Shown here: positions 24,673 through 37,995 of the stretch, one piece after another
How the letters are laid out: every line of letters begins with the position of its first letter
Position numbering within the stretch: position 1 is the stretch's first letter
NCBI GenBank assembly: GCA_002633005.1
Contig: NMRA01000345.1
Location: 382,494 to 446,493, forward strand
Length of the DNA: 64,000 nt
From: Phoronis australis
Lineage: Eukaryota > Animalia > Phoronida
Direction of reading: 5' to 3'
Notes under the pieces: generated by a model
What the model was told of the DNA's origin: nothing
The model's input: the letters and a program-made list of their open reading frames with translations, nothing else
The model's database searches: none
Made by a program: the position numbers and the translations under genes

Positions 24673-27049
24673 TAGTCTAGAGAGATGTGATGATAGGCGA
24701 TTCGAAATGAATCCTATCGAAGTTTGAGCTCAACGTGTGATTTTCACAAAAAACGTTGCATTGTTGCACAGTGTGTGCTAAACGTATTTCACACACTGAA
24801 TTGTTTGTGATTGTGCTGAAAGTAAATACTCATGAAATCAGACATTCCTAATCTTCATAGAGTGAGCTCTAGTTTTTTGAACTATAGTGCCGAGAGTAAG
24901 TGGTCGCCAAATAACTACTACACCACAGATATGTTGTTATGATTTGCATAAATTGGAATCGCGTTCTCATGTTTTGATAATGGCTGTATAGTAAACTTTC
25001 AGTTTTTGTGATTATTGTGGAAGTTTGCTACTGAGGACTTGTAATTTTGTTTGTTTGTTCCATTTTTCGATGAAAATAAGGGTTATATAACTAAGCCGTA
25101 AGCTTTTGGTGTGAGAAGCGTTTTCGTATCTCATCATTTCGTGCTATTTTCATTACAATTATGCCATACTTTTTATACTTTTTGAGAATCTATTGTAACT
25201 AAGCTACTGATGGCTGCAAAGTTACCTTCAGTTCCTTTTAAATGCCAATTTTGCTTAAAACTGTCACAAGTTTTGACATATTTACTTAATTAACTGATCA
25301 GGATTCAAAATTTTTCAGTCTCGTTAGAAACTGGTTCCACAGCACCTTGTATTTTGTCAATGAATTTGGACAAGTCTCACTGTCATCAGCACACCTGTTT
25401 ATCAAGGAATCTGATCTAAGGTACTATTCTGTGGAGTAGAGCAACTACCACTTTAGCAATGGCTTCACATCGTTAAAACACTCACTAAAATTATTGATAT
25501 ATTGTATGGTGGTCTAAAACTGATGTTTCATACTGCTTGGCTTCTGAAATTGGATTTTTCGTGTAAAGTTTGGGTAGGGCTATTTTTACCTGAAAAAAAC
25601 GCGATAAAATTGGCAAAAATAGATGAGTTATATGTTTCTGTTCTCAGAACTGTAATGGTGATCTCAGAATGGTATTTGGACTAGCAGCTGATTTACCTAG
25701 GGGAGGATTTTGTAATGGTCTCAAAACAGTGGAAAATCGTTTTATTATTTTGGTGCTGTGGAAAACCAGGTCATTGGTCCTGGTTGTAGAATTTCGTGAT
25801 CAGCAATGTTTTGAAAAAACTTTGCTTATTGCACAACACTTTTAAATAAAAAGAAAATGTTACTGCAATAAAGTGTTTTTTTTCCAAATGTGAATTTCTA
25901 TACCAGTAGTTGTGGAAAACCAGTCACTGGTCGCAATTCTAGAATTTCATGATCAGCAATGATTGCAAAAGACCTTTGCTTTTGTAGTAAAATGTCCCAG
26001 TTACACCTTTTGTACACATTTCTACTGGAATCTCTGCACTTCACCCCCAGAGCCTTAGGAAAGCAGTAGCGTGCCACATCAAAAGCCTTGTGCTCCTATC
26101 CCTCATGTGACCAAGGCTGATCTGTTGTTGGTGAGGCTTATCTGGTCATAAACAGTGGTAAACTTCTCCGACCTAATTTACAAAAGTTTGAAACTAAAAT
26201 TTCCCGAAAATAATCTTCATGGTGTTTTTACATTAAGGAAAAATAATGCAGTTTGATTTTTGAAAATTGGCGAAACAGTAATTTAAAACTCGGCAAACAA
26301 AAGATTTACCATATTTGCATTAACCTTCATTAGTTTTTGTGATCTGCGAGTACAACAGACAGGTTCAATATGGCAGTTCGAACTTGTCTAGATTTACAAA
26401 TGGCTGTGGAGATAACGGTGTGTAGTTGAAGAAGTTCTCATCAAGGGTTGTATCACAACAGATGAAAACGAAAAGTTACTGCAGTGCAACCTTTTATGCA
26501 ATAAATCGTGATTTTCTGTGCCAGTACATTCCTTGTGCTTCGCGTGCAAATCTGCTTACAAACTGAACATATCAACGCTGTGTTAGCACAAGCTTAAGTC
26601 TTCCGTGAAAAAAACACGTGCTGCTCGCCAAATTAAAATTCTTCATCCGAGTTTATATTAATTAGTGCTAGGAGACGGAGATTCAGTTAATTAAAGCATT
26701 TCTGTATCACTATTCTCTAAGGTGGAATAAATAATGCGTGACCTGAACAGGAATGTGTTCTGCATAGTCCGTTTAACTATTGTTCGACGAGTCTAGGGAT
26801 TTTCTTTTGTGGACCACAGTTCCTTTCACTGGCCTAGTCACGGGGGATTGCTCATTGCAAAAAGTTCTGTGAGCTTGTTAATTTCAAAAAGCCCGCGGCT
26901 CGGATGTCAGTCCACCATTCTGTTCCCTTGTACGCCAATAATTTTCTTGTTTGCCCATGTCGAATGCATCTGGCTTCGCTGGTGTTTCCATCAACAGAGT
27001 ATAGACACGGTGTAACTGCTTCATCAACTTCGCCTCGCCTTGAATACTT

Positions 27050-28937
27050 TTAAGGTGAACCTTGTCCAACTGTGTTGCGGGAGGAAGGAGGTCTCATTTT
27101 TTCGGAATCGGAATCGAAATTTACATCGGGTACCCCAAGAAACGAGTTGTTAGAGCCTTCGCGCTTGAATAGCCCGCGGGATCCGAGATCTCGCGGATTG
27201 TCGACTTCATCTTCCGACTCGCAGTCCAGGTTTGGCGCCGGTGTCATGATTATTTCCGGCGTTTGCACAGCCGAAGTGAATGGACCTTCCTCTCGGACTG
27301 CAGCGAAATCGGATCCTATGTTGACAACACTGTCTGCCGTGTGGGGCTTTCGTTCAGCGGTGTTCGGCGGAACAGTTGGCGGAGATGGTGATGGACGCAT
27401 GTTCTTCGGTAGCTTTTTCGGTGAAGACTGCTTTACTATTGGTTCTGAAATGTCGGTCTTCCTCATAGAACCTGGAATAGTTGGAGGCTTTCCTTCTGGG
27501 ACTTCAGTTTCGTTCTCTGGAGAGTCCAGCATTTTTTCTTCAGCGGGTTTCTCCGATGTCGATTCTTGAATTTTGATGTCGTCTTTGTTTGGTGTTTGTT
27601 CAAACGACGATTTCTTCGATGGGGGTGGTTTTATTTCCACGATGTGAGGATATCCAAGGCGTTTTTCCTCCTTGGAACCCGACTTCGGTCTCTTAGAATT
27701 ATCCTCCCGCCTGTTCGCCCTGTCGGTATTATCTTCCCGTTTGCTTATTCTGTCGGAAGTGTCGAAGTTTCTAGAAAGTTTACTAATTCCCAATTCGGCA
27801 TTTGTGTAGCCGATTGGTCTCGGCTGCTTCGGAGTTTGGTGCTTTTTCTTTTCAAATCGTTTAGCATACACCATATCGTGGCGCATTCCAAAAACAAAAT
27901 GGTTTATAAGTAGTCCGTCGCCTATTCTGATTTCGTGCAACTTTGTTTTCTCAGAGACGAAATCTGAATCTGATTGATGATGTAGGGTAGACGTACTTGT
28001 AGATACATCCGTACTTGGAATCAATGGTGGCAGCTTGTCGCCCAATCGCGTACCTCCCAAGGAGGTAACTTTGGATTGCAAGGGGTCGTGACGGTGCTTT
28101 GGCTCAAGGGATGTCGGTGAAAAGGACGCCATATTTTCCATGAAGAAATTATCGCCACTTTTATTATTCTGTTTCCTCTGCGTTGGCTTGTATTGTTCAG
28201 TGGAGTCCGCTGACTTGTAATAAAATTTGTCGGCACTTGCTAAGTCAGCGTCCGCGCCGATCTGGACGGAAGGGATCAAAGGTAGTTTCTGTTTCACAGC
28301 TTTCCTCAGTTTCGTCTTGTTTTGCTTAATTTTTTTCTGGGATTTTTCGTCATTTTCTTGCAAACTGACACTTATTACAATCTGCCCATTTTCCCGAGTC
28401 ATTGAAATTGTGGCTGGAAGATTTTCTGGTTTAACCCTGTTCTCACTTAATATTAAACTTCCCTTCGGTCGACGACTCATAGAACTAATACCTTCTGTAA
28501 AATATTTTGGTTGTGTCTTATCGAGTTTCGAAATTTTTGTCTCGGCCTCGCTAATTAGTGTGGAAGTTTTCGCATTGAGTTTTTCGCTGCGTTTTTTGAA
28601 TTTAACGGCGACAGGTGGTAAGAAGTGTTTTTGTTCGTCGTGCGACAGTTTCTCCATGTACGTTTTGATGGCTTTGTCATGTATTTCTTTGATCGACTGT
28701 GAAGTTTTGTCCATGAATCCGGACTTAACGTAGAACGATTTGAGACCGTTTTCAGACGCCATCTGCCGAGCCCTTGCGGTAACAATTTCGGGAAGAAACG
28801 ACGGCGCTCCACCCTGCTTGAATCCAAAGTCTGACTTGGAAACCGTCGAGGCGACGCCTGCTGGCGGTCCCAGTCCCACATCACGTAGAATATCTATCTG
28901 GCGCTTTGTTCTCATTTTTGAGCAACGAAACAGTGTC
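27050..28937 (-). CDS. Large terminal exon of an uncharacterised gene: 621-aa K/S/P/E-rich, largely disordered protein
   Basis: 1.87-kb stop-free ORF in AT-rich DNA. Good acceptor (ctttttttcacag) just upstream of 28937; frame stays open from the acceptor to the ATG at 28915. No recognisable domain. Confidence 0.8.
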
Positions 28938-29103
28938 CTGTGAAAAAAAGCGAAATTCAGTGCGTATTTTTGTAAGATTACCGGAGGTTGAACCTTACAT
29001 AGTCAGTTGTTGAACTTGAAAGACCATTTCTTCTTACCCATTACAAATATTGATGTCACTTGGTTACTAAAGCACTGATAGCAAGCACACAACGAACGTT
29101 TCT

Positions 29104-29548
29104 GTTAGCCTCATCCCCAAGCCTCAGGATGGCGTTGGTTATGGGATGATCAAATGTATCAGAATTTTGACACATTTTTACGGAAATCGACCGGCGGAAT
29201 ATGTCGAGTAATACAACTTTGAAATTTTGTGCAGTATAAGATAAAAATTAAAACTGACGGTATATTTCATCAATTTAGGGGTAAATTATTGCAAAAATGA
29301 TGTATTTTGATTCGAAAACAAATGAATTTCCATGATACTATTAATAAAACAGAATTGAAGATAAGTACGCGAACAACCTTTATTTCAAACAATAACCAAA
29401 ACAATGCCTGTGAAAATAATTAAAATCTGCCTTAGTTTCAATGACGTCAAGGCAGCGACCAATCATTACGCAAAATGTAATTCCCATAACCAAGTCTCAA
29501 ATGACTAAGCCAATAAACGCCGTCTTGAGACTTGGGGACGAGGCTGAC
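29104..29548. mobile_element. MITE with ~33-bp TIRs (TAGCCTC-type terminus, Academ-like)
   Basis: gttagcctcatccccaagcctcaggatggcgtt is inverted at aacgccgtcttgagacttggggacgaggctgac. Confidence 0.65.
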
Positions 29549-30683
29549 GATTCTGTATCCAGGATTGATAGCGATTTTTCTGCCAAAAATATCCTGGCTA
29601 AGAAAAGTTGCGAATGTCTGTTGGCCACTAAACCGACCTCCGAAACTTCAAGTAAACTCTTAATTTCGTTTGATGGTGAAAACCAATTACCGTCATTGGA
29701 AGGAAAATCTTGAGATATGCAACCAGCAATATCGGCGAGAAAATTTATTTTATGAGACCAGTCCCAATGCGGAATCAAACTGGCGTTTCGTGTACAACAT
29801 GACGTGAACAAATGAGAACCATTACGTACAGAAATAATGTGACTGCCTGGACGAAATGGAACATTCCAACTAATTTCTTATTCGTTGGGCCATGTTTAAC
29901 CCGTATCTTGATACCACTTTACCATAATTGGTTAGTATTTAATTATGACAATATGTTTCTCATTTGTACTCAGAGCAAAAGTTAAGTTCGCTTTCAGCTT
30001 GACTACGTCCTTTTTGTAAATGAGGAGGACCGCGAAACTTCAGTTTAAATGAATTTGTCAAAACGTCAGTATCGAACTTAACTTTTGTGCCTGTTTTACA
30101 TCGGCTATAAACCTACCTTCCATAACAAAAACAACTTTTGATTTTAGACCACGAATGGTTATGAATTTGGCCTCAAGTCGTTTCTTAGTCAAACTGGAAG
30201 TGGTTTCGGTCGTTAAAAGAACTGGAATTTCGTTTGTGCTTGAAACCAAGCTGTACAAGGTGCTTTGACACGGCGTGTCATTTTATGCACTGAACATTTT
30301 CTTTCTATAGAAACAACAAGCTGCGAGTTCTTTTCAATGATTCATAACCACTTCTCATTTGAGCGTAAGGAACATGTTGGGATCAACATTTTAGTCGACC
30401 GTAAGAAGTCTAAACCAACTTCGCTTCCTGGACAGGTCGCCGATTTAAAGCCGCTTTAATTATGGTTGTCAGGCAGTAGTAAAAATGTTCAAATTTTTAT
30501 TATAGACGTCCGGCTGTCATGTGAATAGCTGCTACAAAGACCGCCTGAACATTAGTACCTGACTTGAATGCATGGCGCGATCTGTAGAGTGCCCGAGGGG
30601 CTGCGCACTATCTTGGCCCCTAAGTTGAACTGTTGCACACTATACACTTGTATCGACATACTGTTTTTCGTGAATGAAGATCA

Positions 30684-31075
30684 GGGTCCGGTCTCTAATC
30701 TTTGTACTCGAAACGAACTCGTAACTATTTCTGGCAATTTCTCTGCTCCTTTTGTATGAACTTAAGATAATTGGTTATCAGACTGTGCTCGAATACATTA
30801 TAGTTTATGCATAGGAGTTTCTAGTTCAAGTTTGCCCTTGAAGACCCTTATATTCGTGCTACAAACTCAAGTAAAAACTCGAAATTTCGAGTTCAAACTC
30901 GAACTTATTGCTTTAATATTGGGTTTACAAACTTTGAACTAAGGGCAATAAATTATCTACGTAAGTTATTGAGTACTCGAGCATAGAATAATAGACACTT
31001 ATCAAAAGTAGAGTAGAAAATGCCAAACCTAATTTCCAGTTCCATTTCGAGTAAAAAGATTGAAGACCGGGCCCA
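30684..31075. mobile_element. Harbinger-like MITE
   Basis: gggtccggtctctaatctttgtactcgaaac is inverted at tttcgagtaaaaagattgaagaccgggccc; a right-half copy lies at ~47775-47896. Confidence 0.65.
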
Positions 31076-32482
31076 GGTCTTAGGAAGCGAGCGGGAGGGC
31101 ACGCGATAATTCCCAGGCGTCAGGCTGAAACGGTGCGGCCGTATTTGTGACATTATTATATATCTCTTAATGTAAATTGGAACCTGACAGAGAGGGACAC
31201 TGGTGATAGCATCAACTACAGTTCATTTCCAAGTCCTGTTTTGCCCAGATTCCCATCCTCCCGATGCCGTCCCGCTTGCTCGTCAAGTATATGAGCACAA
31301 GCCTTTGGGAATCATACTGTAGATACGCGTAGTCGGGGTATGTAAGGAAAAAATCTGCAAATACGCCAAGGGGAAAATTGGCTTGTTGAAACACACACTT
31401 TTCATTGGAAATAGACACCAAAACCGTAACTAAAGCCAGTTTTCAACAATAAACTACCTGTGAGGAAGAATGATTCTCTTGGTTTGAATTTGTGCACCGC
31501 TACAGTATTGATACAACTCTAAACTAATATTTTCCGAATGTAGGCCCCGGGTTTGTATGCATCAAATTCCGGTACTGAAAATTACGAATCTGAAAAAAAA
31601 TTTTTAGTGAACAACCTGTGTGTCACACTCTGTGCCTTTTTAGTTTATACGCTGTGTTGCCTTGTGACGATCATGTCAAGGTTATTTTCTTTTGGTAACC
31701 AACAATGGGTAGTTGTTTCTTCATCTCTACGGAAATGGATTGATTTTTATGGAAGATTTTTTGGAAATTAGAAGTAAGAGATGGATGATGCTTTAGTACA
31801 CTTAGATGCAGGCTGACATTTGGGAAATCGCTATCACCCGAGCCTTAACAGCGAAGAGCATTATGATTTTTTGCTGACCAGATATAAACCTCTACGAATC
31901 ATGACGTTGGCTGATAAAATTTAACCAGTTCTATATCATTTAACCCGCGAGGACCAGGGGCAAGCCACTAAAAATCAGAATTTCCTCGGATTTCGTTGCA
32001 GCCCGCGGTTCGTTCAGTTATAACCCCTGGGCTGAGTGGGCTCCTTTTCGGACCCCATTCAAGTGAATTTCATACAAAACAGGTCCTTAAATTTCCAACT
32101 TATATCCTAAGGCATGTTCAACAGTCTAAAACTCGACTCATTCTCGTGAAATTTTGTAGACAGACATGTGTAGCCATGTGCAGGTTGCCTCTTCGGTGGG
32201 TTGGCTCACCACTTCAGCAAAAGGCTATGGATAGCTAAATTGGCGACTAACAGCGGACTGAAGTGATCGCAAACAGGAGAAATCTGAAATATGGAACTAG
32301 GTGGGGGTAAAAAAGCTTTGGCGAAGTCGAATTAGATTGCGCCCCCCCAGCTGTTAAACTTTCTACTGGCTTGAGTGAACGTCCTTCAGAATCTTAGACG
32401 AACCAACCCCAGATTTAAAGTACCTAAACTCTGGCCTAAACATTTTAATTAACCAATTTCTTTGGGACTGATTAATCCTCTG

Positions 32483-32550
32483 CATACATACATACATACA
32501 TACATACATACATACATACATACATACATACATACATACATACATACATA
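32483..32550. repeat. (CATA)n microsatellite, ~17 units
   Basis: Perfect tetranucleotide run read directly. Confidence 0.98.
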
Positions 32551-35500
32551 GGCACCAACCTCAATTTTGCCTTGGTTTTTGTTGAAAAGTCCTGGAGAAA
32601 GGTGACCCAAGTTATGTTTAGCGACATCCACCTAGACGTATCGTGATTTGTACCTAATACTCAGCCATTTAGTAACTCTGTAACTAAACCTCGACCAGCA
32701 GAAGTGACTTGACAGAGCATCAAAATCTCGTTACCTTTGTCATATGTGGGGCCAACGCACAACCAACGAATCCTCGAACAGCTTTTCAGAGAATGGAACG
32801 CCCTTTTGTGAACTAAACAGACAGACACCGGTTTTATGGCGTCCGTGGAACCCTTCCACTGTCTGATCACGCGGAATATTTCTCGGAGCGAAACAAATCA
32901 TTACTTTGTTCGTACTTAATTCTATCTTACCTGATTGAACGTCTAAGCCGAGACGCAATAACGAACACCCGTGTTGCTATGTGTTATTATCTGTGCGACT
33001 TTCATCCACGCTGTGATAATCCTCGGCCTATTCTGTAGACGAGTAACGATTTTTTTATCAGTCATTTCTTGACAAGCTTGGTATTTGTAATAGCCTTTTA
33101 CAATTGTCCGCCAGTCGCTGTCATATGGAGCAACGTCTCTGCGGATATAGCGCTTGACTCTCTCCTGGGTGAACACTCCAAGAAGCTAACAGGCCCTATG
33201 ACAAGTTGTTGATTTAGTGAAACGTTTATATGGTCGAATTGAAAATAAAATACCGTACACAATAAATATTTGAACTACAAGCCGTGCCGTGAATACTGTA
33301 TTGTGCGCGAGTATTTGCGATTGTGTTTTGACAGTGGCTTGTTGTATTAATAGGGGTGATCGCTACCCTAACAACACCAATAGCGACCTCGAGTTTTGTT
33401 TCACAGATTCCCCTGTTTGCCATGAAGATGTGACCATTACCTCTGCTGGCAAAAAACAGTTACTTCTAACAAAGGAGCACCTCCACTGAGTAGGCCTACG
33501 AAAACATGCCATGTTTAACCATATCTTTCGAGCAAAATTGCTGGGCCATGGGCCATATAGCTCCGAAATCGTTTCTGCTGGTGAGATTCATTTGCATTAA
33601 ATACTAGAGCTAAGAATCAGTTTTCCAGAAAAAGCTACTGTAGGGCATAATTATCGGTGATACCCGATGGGGAAATAACAAATGATGTGGGCCGAACTCC
33701 CGCTCAATTTGGACGGAGTACCGTCGAAGCTAATTATTACTTATTATTATTCGGATCACCTTTTGACAGATTTGGGGTACCGGTATTTAGTACAATTTTT
33801 GTTTTTGAGCTCATTAAAAAGTTCCAGAACACGCCATAGGGGTATATTGGGATAAAAACTTTGTATGGTCGAACCATAATGCTGTTGAAGACGTGCACTC
33901 CAGATAAACAGGAAATGGTCATTAAAGATGTATTTTGCCTTGTTTACGGTTGGCTAAAACGAAAATCGTACTTCCGCAAAAGCGGGCTCATAATATTCTT
34001 TACCGGAATTGCATTCTATTTTCGTTACGAACAAGAACAACAAAACCACCATTGACTCAAGAGATGCTTCAAAGTTGATTGGAGTTGGCCAGCACTAAAA
34101 TTGCTAATTCAAAAATGGCGCATGTACGCTCTACCTGCGTCTTGAGTTGCAATCTTATCACAGAAAGGATTATTATGAGACCGATTTTATGAGTGTAAAA
34201 CGCCAAAGTCGATTTTCGTTTTTAGCAAGCTTGGCGAAATGCATTTCCTGTAACGATACAATTTAGTTATTGAGCATAATTCGTCCCGGCCGGGTCATGC
34301 CACCGGTACAGTTTTGATTCGCTCTAGTATCTATTCGGTTCTGCAAAATACAAAATTCTAATCGCGTTAGAAACTATCTTTTTTCATATAATGTGTTAAT
34401 GTTTTTCCCCTATCTTACCTAAGGGGTTATTTCCTGTAAAGAGTCTCCGAAATGTCCTGTGACCTAATTAAACCGTGACCTAATTAAACCGTAAAAAGTC
34501 ACAGCATGCAAACATCGGACAAGTATTGAAACTCACACATATTAAATTGTATCAAAACCGTGAAGTTAATATAGAAGTTAACTTATAACGCAGAAGGTAA
34601 AATCGGGAAAGACGTTGTCATTGCTTTCCACCGTTTGGCGGAAGCTTTCAGTTCTACGTGGAGCTTGTTCACAAAATTTTTGAAAAAGTACAATTTCTGA
34701 TGATTTTTTCGAGGATTCTCCACCGGAAATTGCCCTCATAGTTACAATTGGTTCCCCCATTAGAGTGATGGGATTTCCCTATTTTGCAATTTTCTTGTCA
34801 TGTGCAGTATAGACGGTGCTCGCATTTACGCAGACTGCGTCTAACAATACATTTTTCAAAAGAAAATATTGCTCAAGTGTTTGGCATAACTATATGCGAA
34901 TGCGCATAAGCCTCACTTATAGGTGCAAGCGGTTATTTCTTGAATGCACGCTTTTCCTTTGTCTTGTACTTTTCATTTAAATGGTAAATGTTTAACTCAG
35001 CACACGTCAACATCTATTCTTTTGTAACAAATTACCTTTAATGACATGCTAATTCAAACACTTATTGCTTTACACCTGGGTGTTTACTCAGTTGTCACGC
35101 ATATACATGTAGGTGTGTTGGCACAAATGTGGGCACAGAAGCAGTTTTGTGTACACGCGCATGGGAATAAAAAGCGCGGGTATATCATAAAACATTTTAA
35201 AGTCTTTCGTAATGAAGTAGATAATAACGATGGTGACGAGGGCAATAATCACTTAACCCATGCCTTCTCTAAAAAAGCTTATGATTTAGGCCACTTACTG
35301 ATATGAAATCGGTCTCAGATTGCTTCTTACCAGCAGCATGCAAATTAGAAGCGATTTCAAGGCTTGAGGAAACCTTACAGTTCGTTTACGTTAGATCACA
35401 CTAACAAGTCGCGCAGAAATTAAATTAACGTACAGTGGGAACACCAGTCTAGGGCAAATATCCGGTTCGGGGGACATCGAGCCGATGGAACATTCATTTA

Positions 35501-36559
35501 GTGTTGGCACTGCAATCGATTTCATTTTTAGAAAACCACGTATTCCTTTAAACAAAGTCGAATCAGCATTGCAATGAAACGAAACGTTATAAAATTAGAT
35601 GGTGTTCTTTCTGGAAATTCAAAACCGTTAAGTGTCAGTAGTTATCTAATTTGATGACTTAGTAAGACCGAATTGTATCTTTTTAAACAAGAAATGCCAA
35701 CACTTTACCACCTAACATGAATGTAGTATTGACGTAATACAAATATTAAAACGAAGGTATGAACGATTTAAATAAAAATAGTGAATCATTATCACCGTTT
35801 TGTCTAAGATAAGCGAATTTGTTGATAAAACAAGCGCCCCATAACTACACCTATCTTTCAGCAAATTAACTGGAAACATTGTCAGTTTGGTTATACATTT
35901 CTGTTCGCAACTTCAAAAGTAGCAGAAAATGTTTTTTAGTGTTTATTACGAAAACAGTAATGCATAATAATAAGAGTTCAGCCCTGAAAGTGTTAGAAAG
36001 CATTATATCTGGGCGTAGATAAATGTTTGGAATGGTAGTTCTTCCAAATTTCACCACTAAATACGTCTCTTAAATTCAGAAGTTTTTCTTAAATCAATCA
36101 ATCATCAACCATACCAGCCTCGACCAGTCGGTTACCACCGTTAAATTTAGACATTGGGGAGGAAGTCTGCTCGAAGATGCATCGACGAGCCAGCAGCTTA
36201 AAAGGATACTAAACCCTGGTTTGATGATTTCAACCAATCCTCACTGTGTGACCTGTTAATGCATCATTGGCGTCAATCATGAAAGATAAAAGCAGGAATC
36301 AACTAAACGTTGATACTCCCTATGTCACAGATTAGATATTATTAGTTCTTGCTGGGTGATTTTCCCCCACAGTGGTCGTGTAATTCATTTAACAGCGTAG
36401 GTCACGCCTGCCCGTTTAGCAGTCTTTGGAAGGAATTTACCAAATTTCCTTCGAATACTTGAGGGTTGAAATTGATCAAAGAGCATTATTTTGTTTCAAA
36501 GATTTGGACGGGAAAGTCGATTTTAATATCTGTCAATAGCAAAAACCGGGTTTAGTATC

Positions 36560-36860
36560 CTCTTAACATCTGACAAGTATAGGCAGAGGGGTTGGTTAGT
36601 GGTGCATAAACCAGAAAGGTAATCTTCACGCTCATTGACCAAGACACTGGCGTGCCCAGGTACGAAAGAACAGATCACAGTGTGTTGAGGGGTGGCGTGT
36701 TCAGAAGATAGCCCAGTTAGTTGAGAGATTTCCAGACTTAATTTTATCAAAACGGCCGTGATAGAATCAGTGGCAAAGATAATGGTTTGACAATGATTTT
36801 CCAGGTATAGGTACGACAGTTTGACATGGACACGTTGCACAGTCTCCAGCTCCACCCGGG
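36560..36860 (-). pseudogene. Decayed RNase H domain of a non-LTR retrotransposon
   Basis: MELETV..IIFATDS..VICSFVPGHASVLVNEREDYLSG resembles the RNase HI motifs E..TDS..W.PGH.G..GNE.AD.LA. Confidence 0.6.
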
Positions 36861-36948
36861 CACATAATATATTACAGGGTTAGCACTTCGTTTCTCGATA
36901 AGATTGCTTTATAAATATGGGTTTTTGATTGGAAGATATACGACTTAA

Positions 36949-37458
36949 AGGGTCGTGGAACGCGAAAGCTAGTCAAAAATATCTTTTATACACTTTATGA
37001 CGAAAGTACCATCTCGCAACGTCTAGTACCGAGTAATTAACTTCCCTCTGTGAAAAGATTTCAATAAAAAGCCACAAAATTCACAAATTTTAAATACACG
37101 CAAGGAAAAACTCTGTGGTTACCACACAGTTTCTAATCTCTTTGCCACTTATGATAAATACGCTCTCATAGTCAGCTGCTTGAAGTTACTTGAGGTAATA
37201 AGTCACATTTAAGTTTAGCCTTACCAAATAAGGAGACGTGCTTTGCCTTGAGGGAAAAATTCGACGAAGTGGCGAGCAGTTGACAGATCGTCTTTTTGTA
37301 GTTTGAAACTAAAAGAAAATGCTTTGATATCAACAGAAATTGAAAATCTTTACGAACAAACTATAATAATACATGGTGAGCAGGTTGAATTCTATTTCAG
37401 TGGCATAGAACCACATTCAGTATTGGAATTTAGCCTGTCTATCGCGTTCCAGGCCTCT
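36949..37458. mobile_element. Kolobok-like MITE with TTAA TSD
   Basis: TTAA|AGGGTCGTGGAACGCGAAAG .. CTATCGCGTTCCAGGCCTCT|TTAA. Confidence 0.75.
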
Positions 37459-37802
37459 TTAACATTTTCTTTAGACTGAGCAACAGTGTATGTAATTTTG
37501 CCTTAAATATCTGAATACAGGACAATGACAGATAAAGTGTGTCTCATTTTCAACACTGCCTAGGCTACATATATCGCAAATTCAGTGATTCCTGGCAACA
37601 CCCTGGCGCCTACCTACTACTAGTTTATGGACAGATCATTTGAACTGAGCGAGACAAGTTGGCAGATATTAAAGAAGAATACGACCCAAAAAACAACCTA
37701 ATTTGTATCAATTTAGATCGAGTGATTCCACTCGATAAAAGCAAGTTCAGTTCTTTTACCTGACACCTGACGGCAGACAGAGATGTTGAAATTAACCACG
37801 AA

Positions 37803-37810
37803 TGACGTCA
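37803..37810. promoter_or_regulatory. Palindromic CRE (TGACGTCA) in a candidate bidirectional promoter
   Basis: Perfect CRE between a minus-strand donor (CAG|gtaaaa, exon end 37760) and the plus-strand ATG at 37996. Confidence 0.35.
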
Positions 37811-37995
37811 CAGGTTCGAACGCAGTCTGGTCAGCAGTTCACAACGCGCTTACTGTTGTTAGCTTTTCGCTTGAATTAATCGTTTTAATCCAATAAATCA
37901 TCAAAATGCTATGTAATACCCTTACAAACACATCGAGTTCTTGAACAAAACGTGTTGTTTTATTTCACTGTTATGGATAGGTATTTGAACGTACA

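Noticed and set aside
27072-28943. Plus-strand ORFs of 115-168 aa
   Set aside because: Antisense shadows of the 621-aa minus-strand ORF.
32363-32631. MYVC-repeat ORFs
   Set aside because: Translation of the (CATA)n microsatellite.
32661-33176. Chain of minus-strand ORFs, possibly a decayed APE endonuclease or exons of the minus-strand gene
   Set aside because: Only vague motif resemblance and no consistent splice sites; cannot be supported without a profile search.
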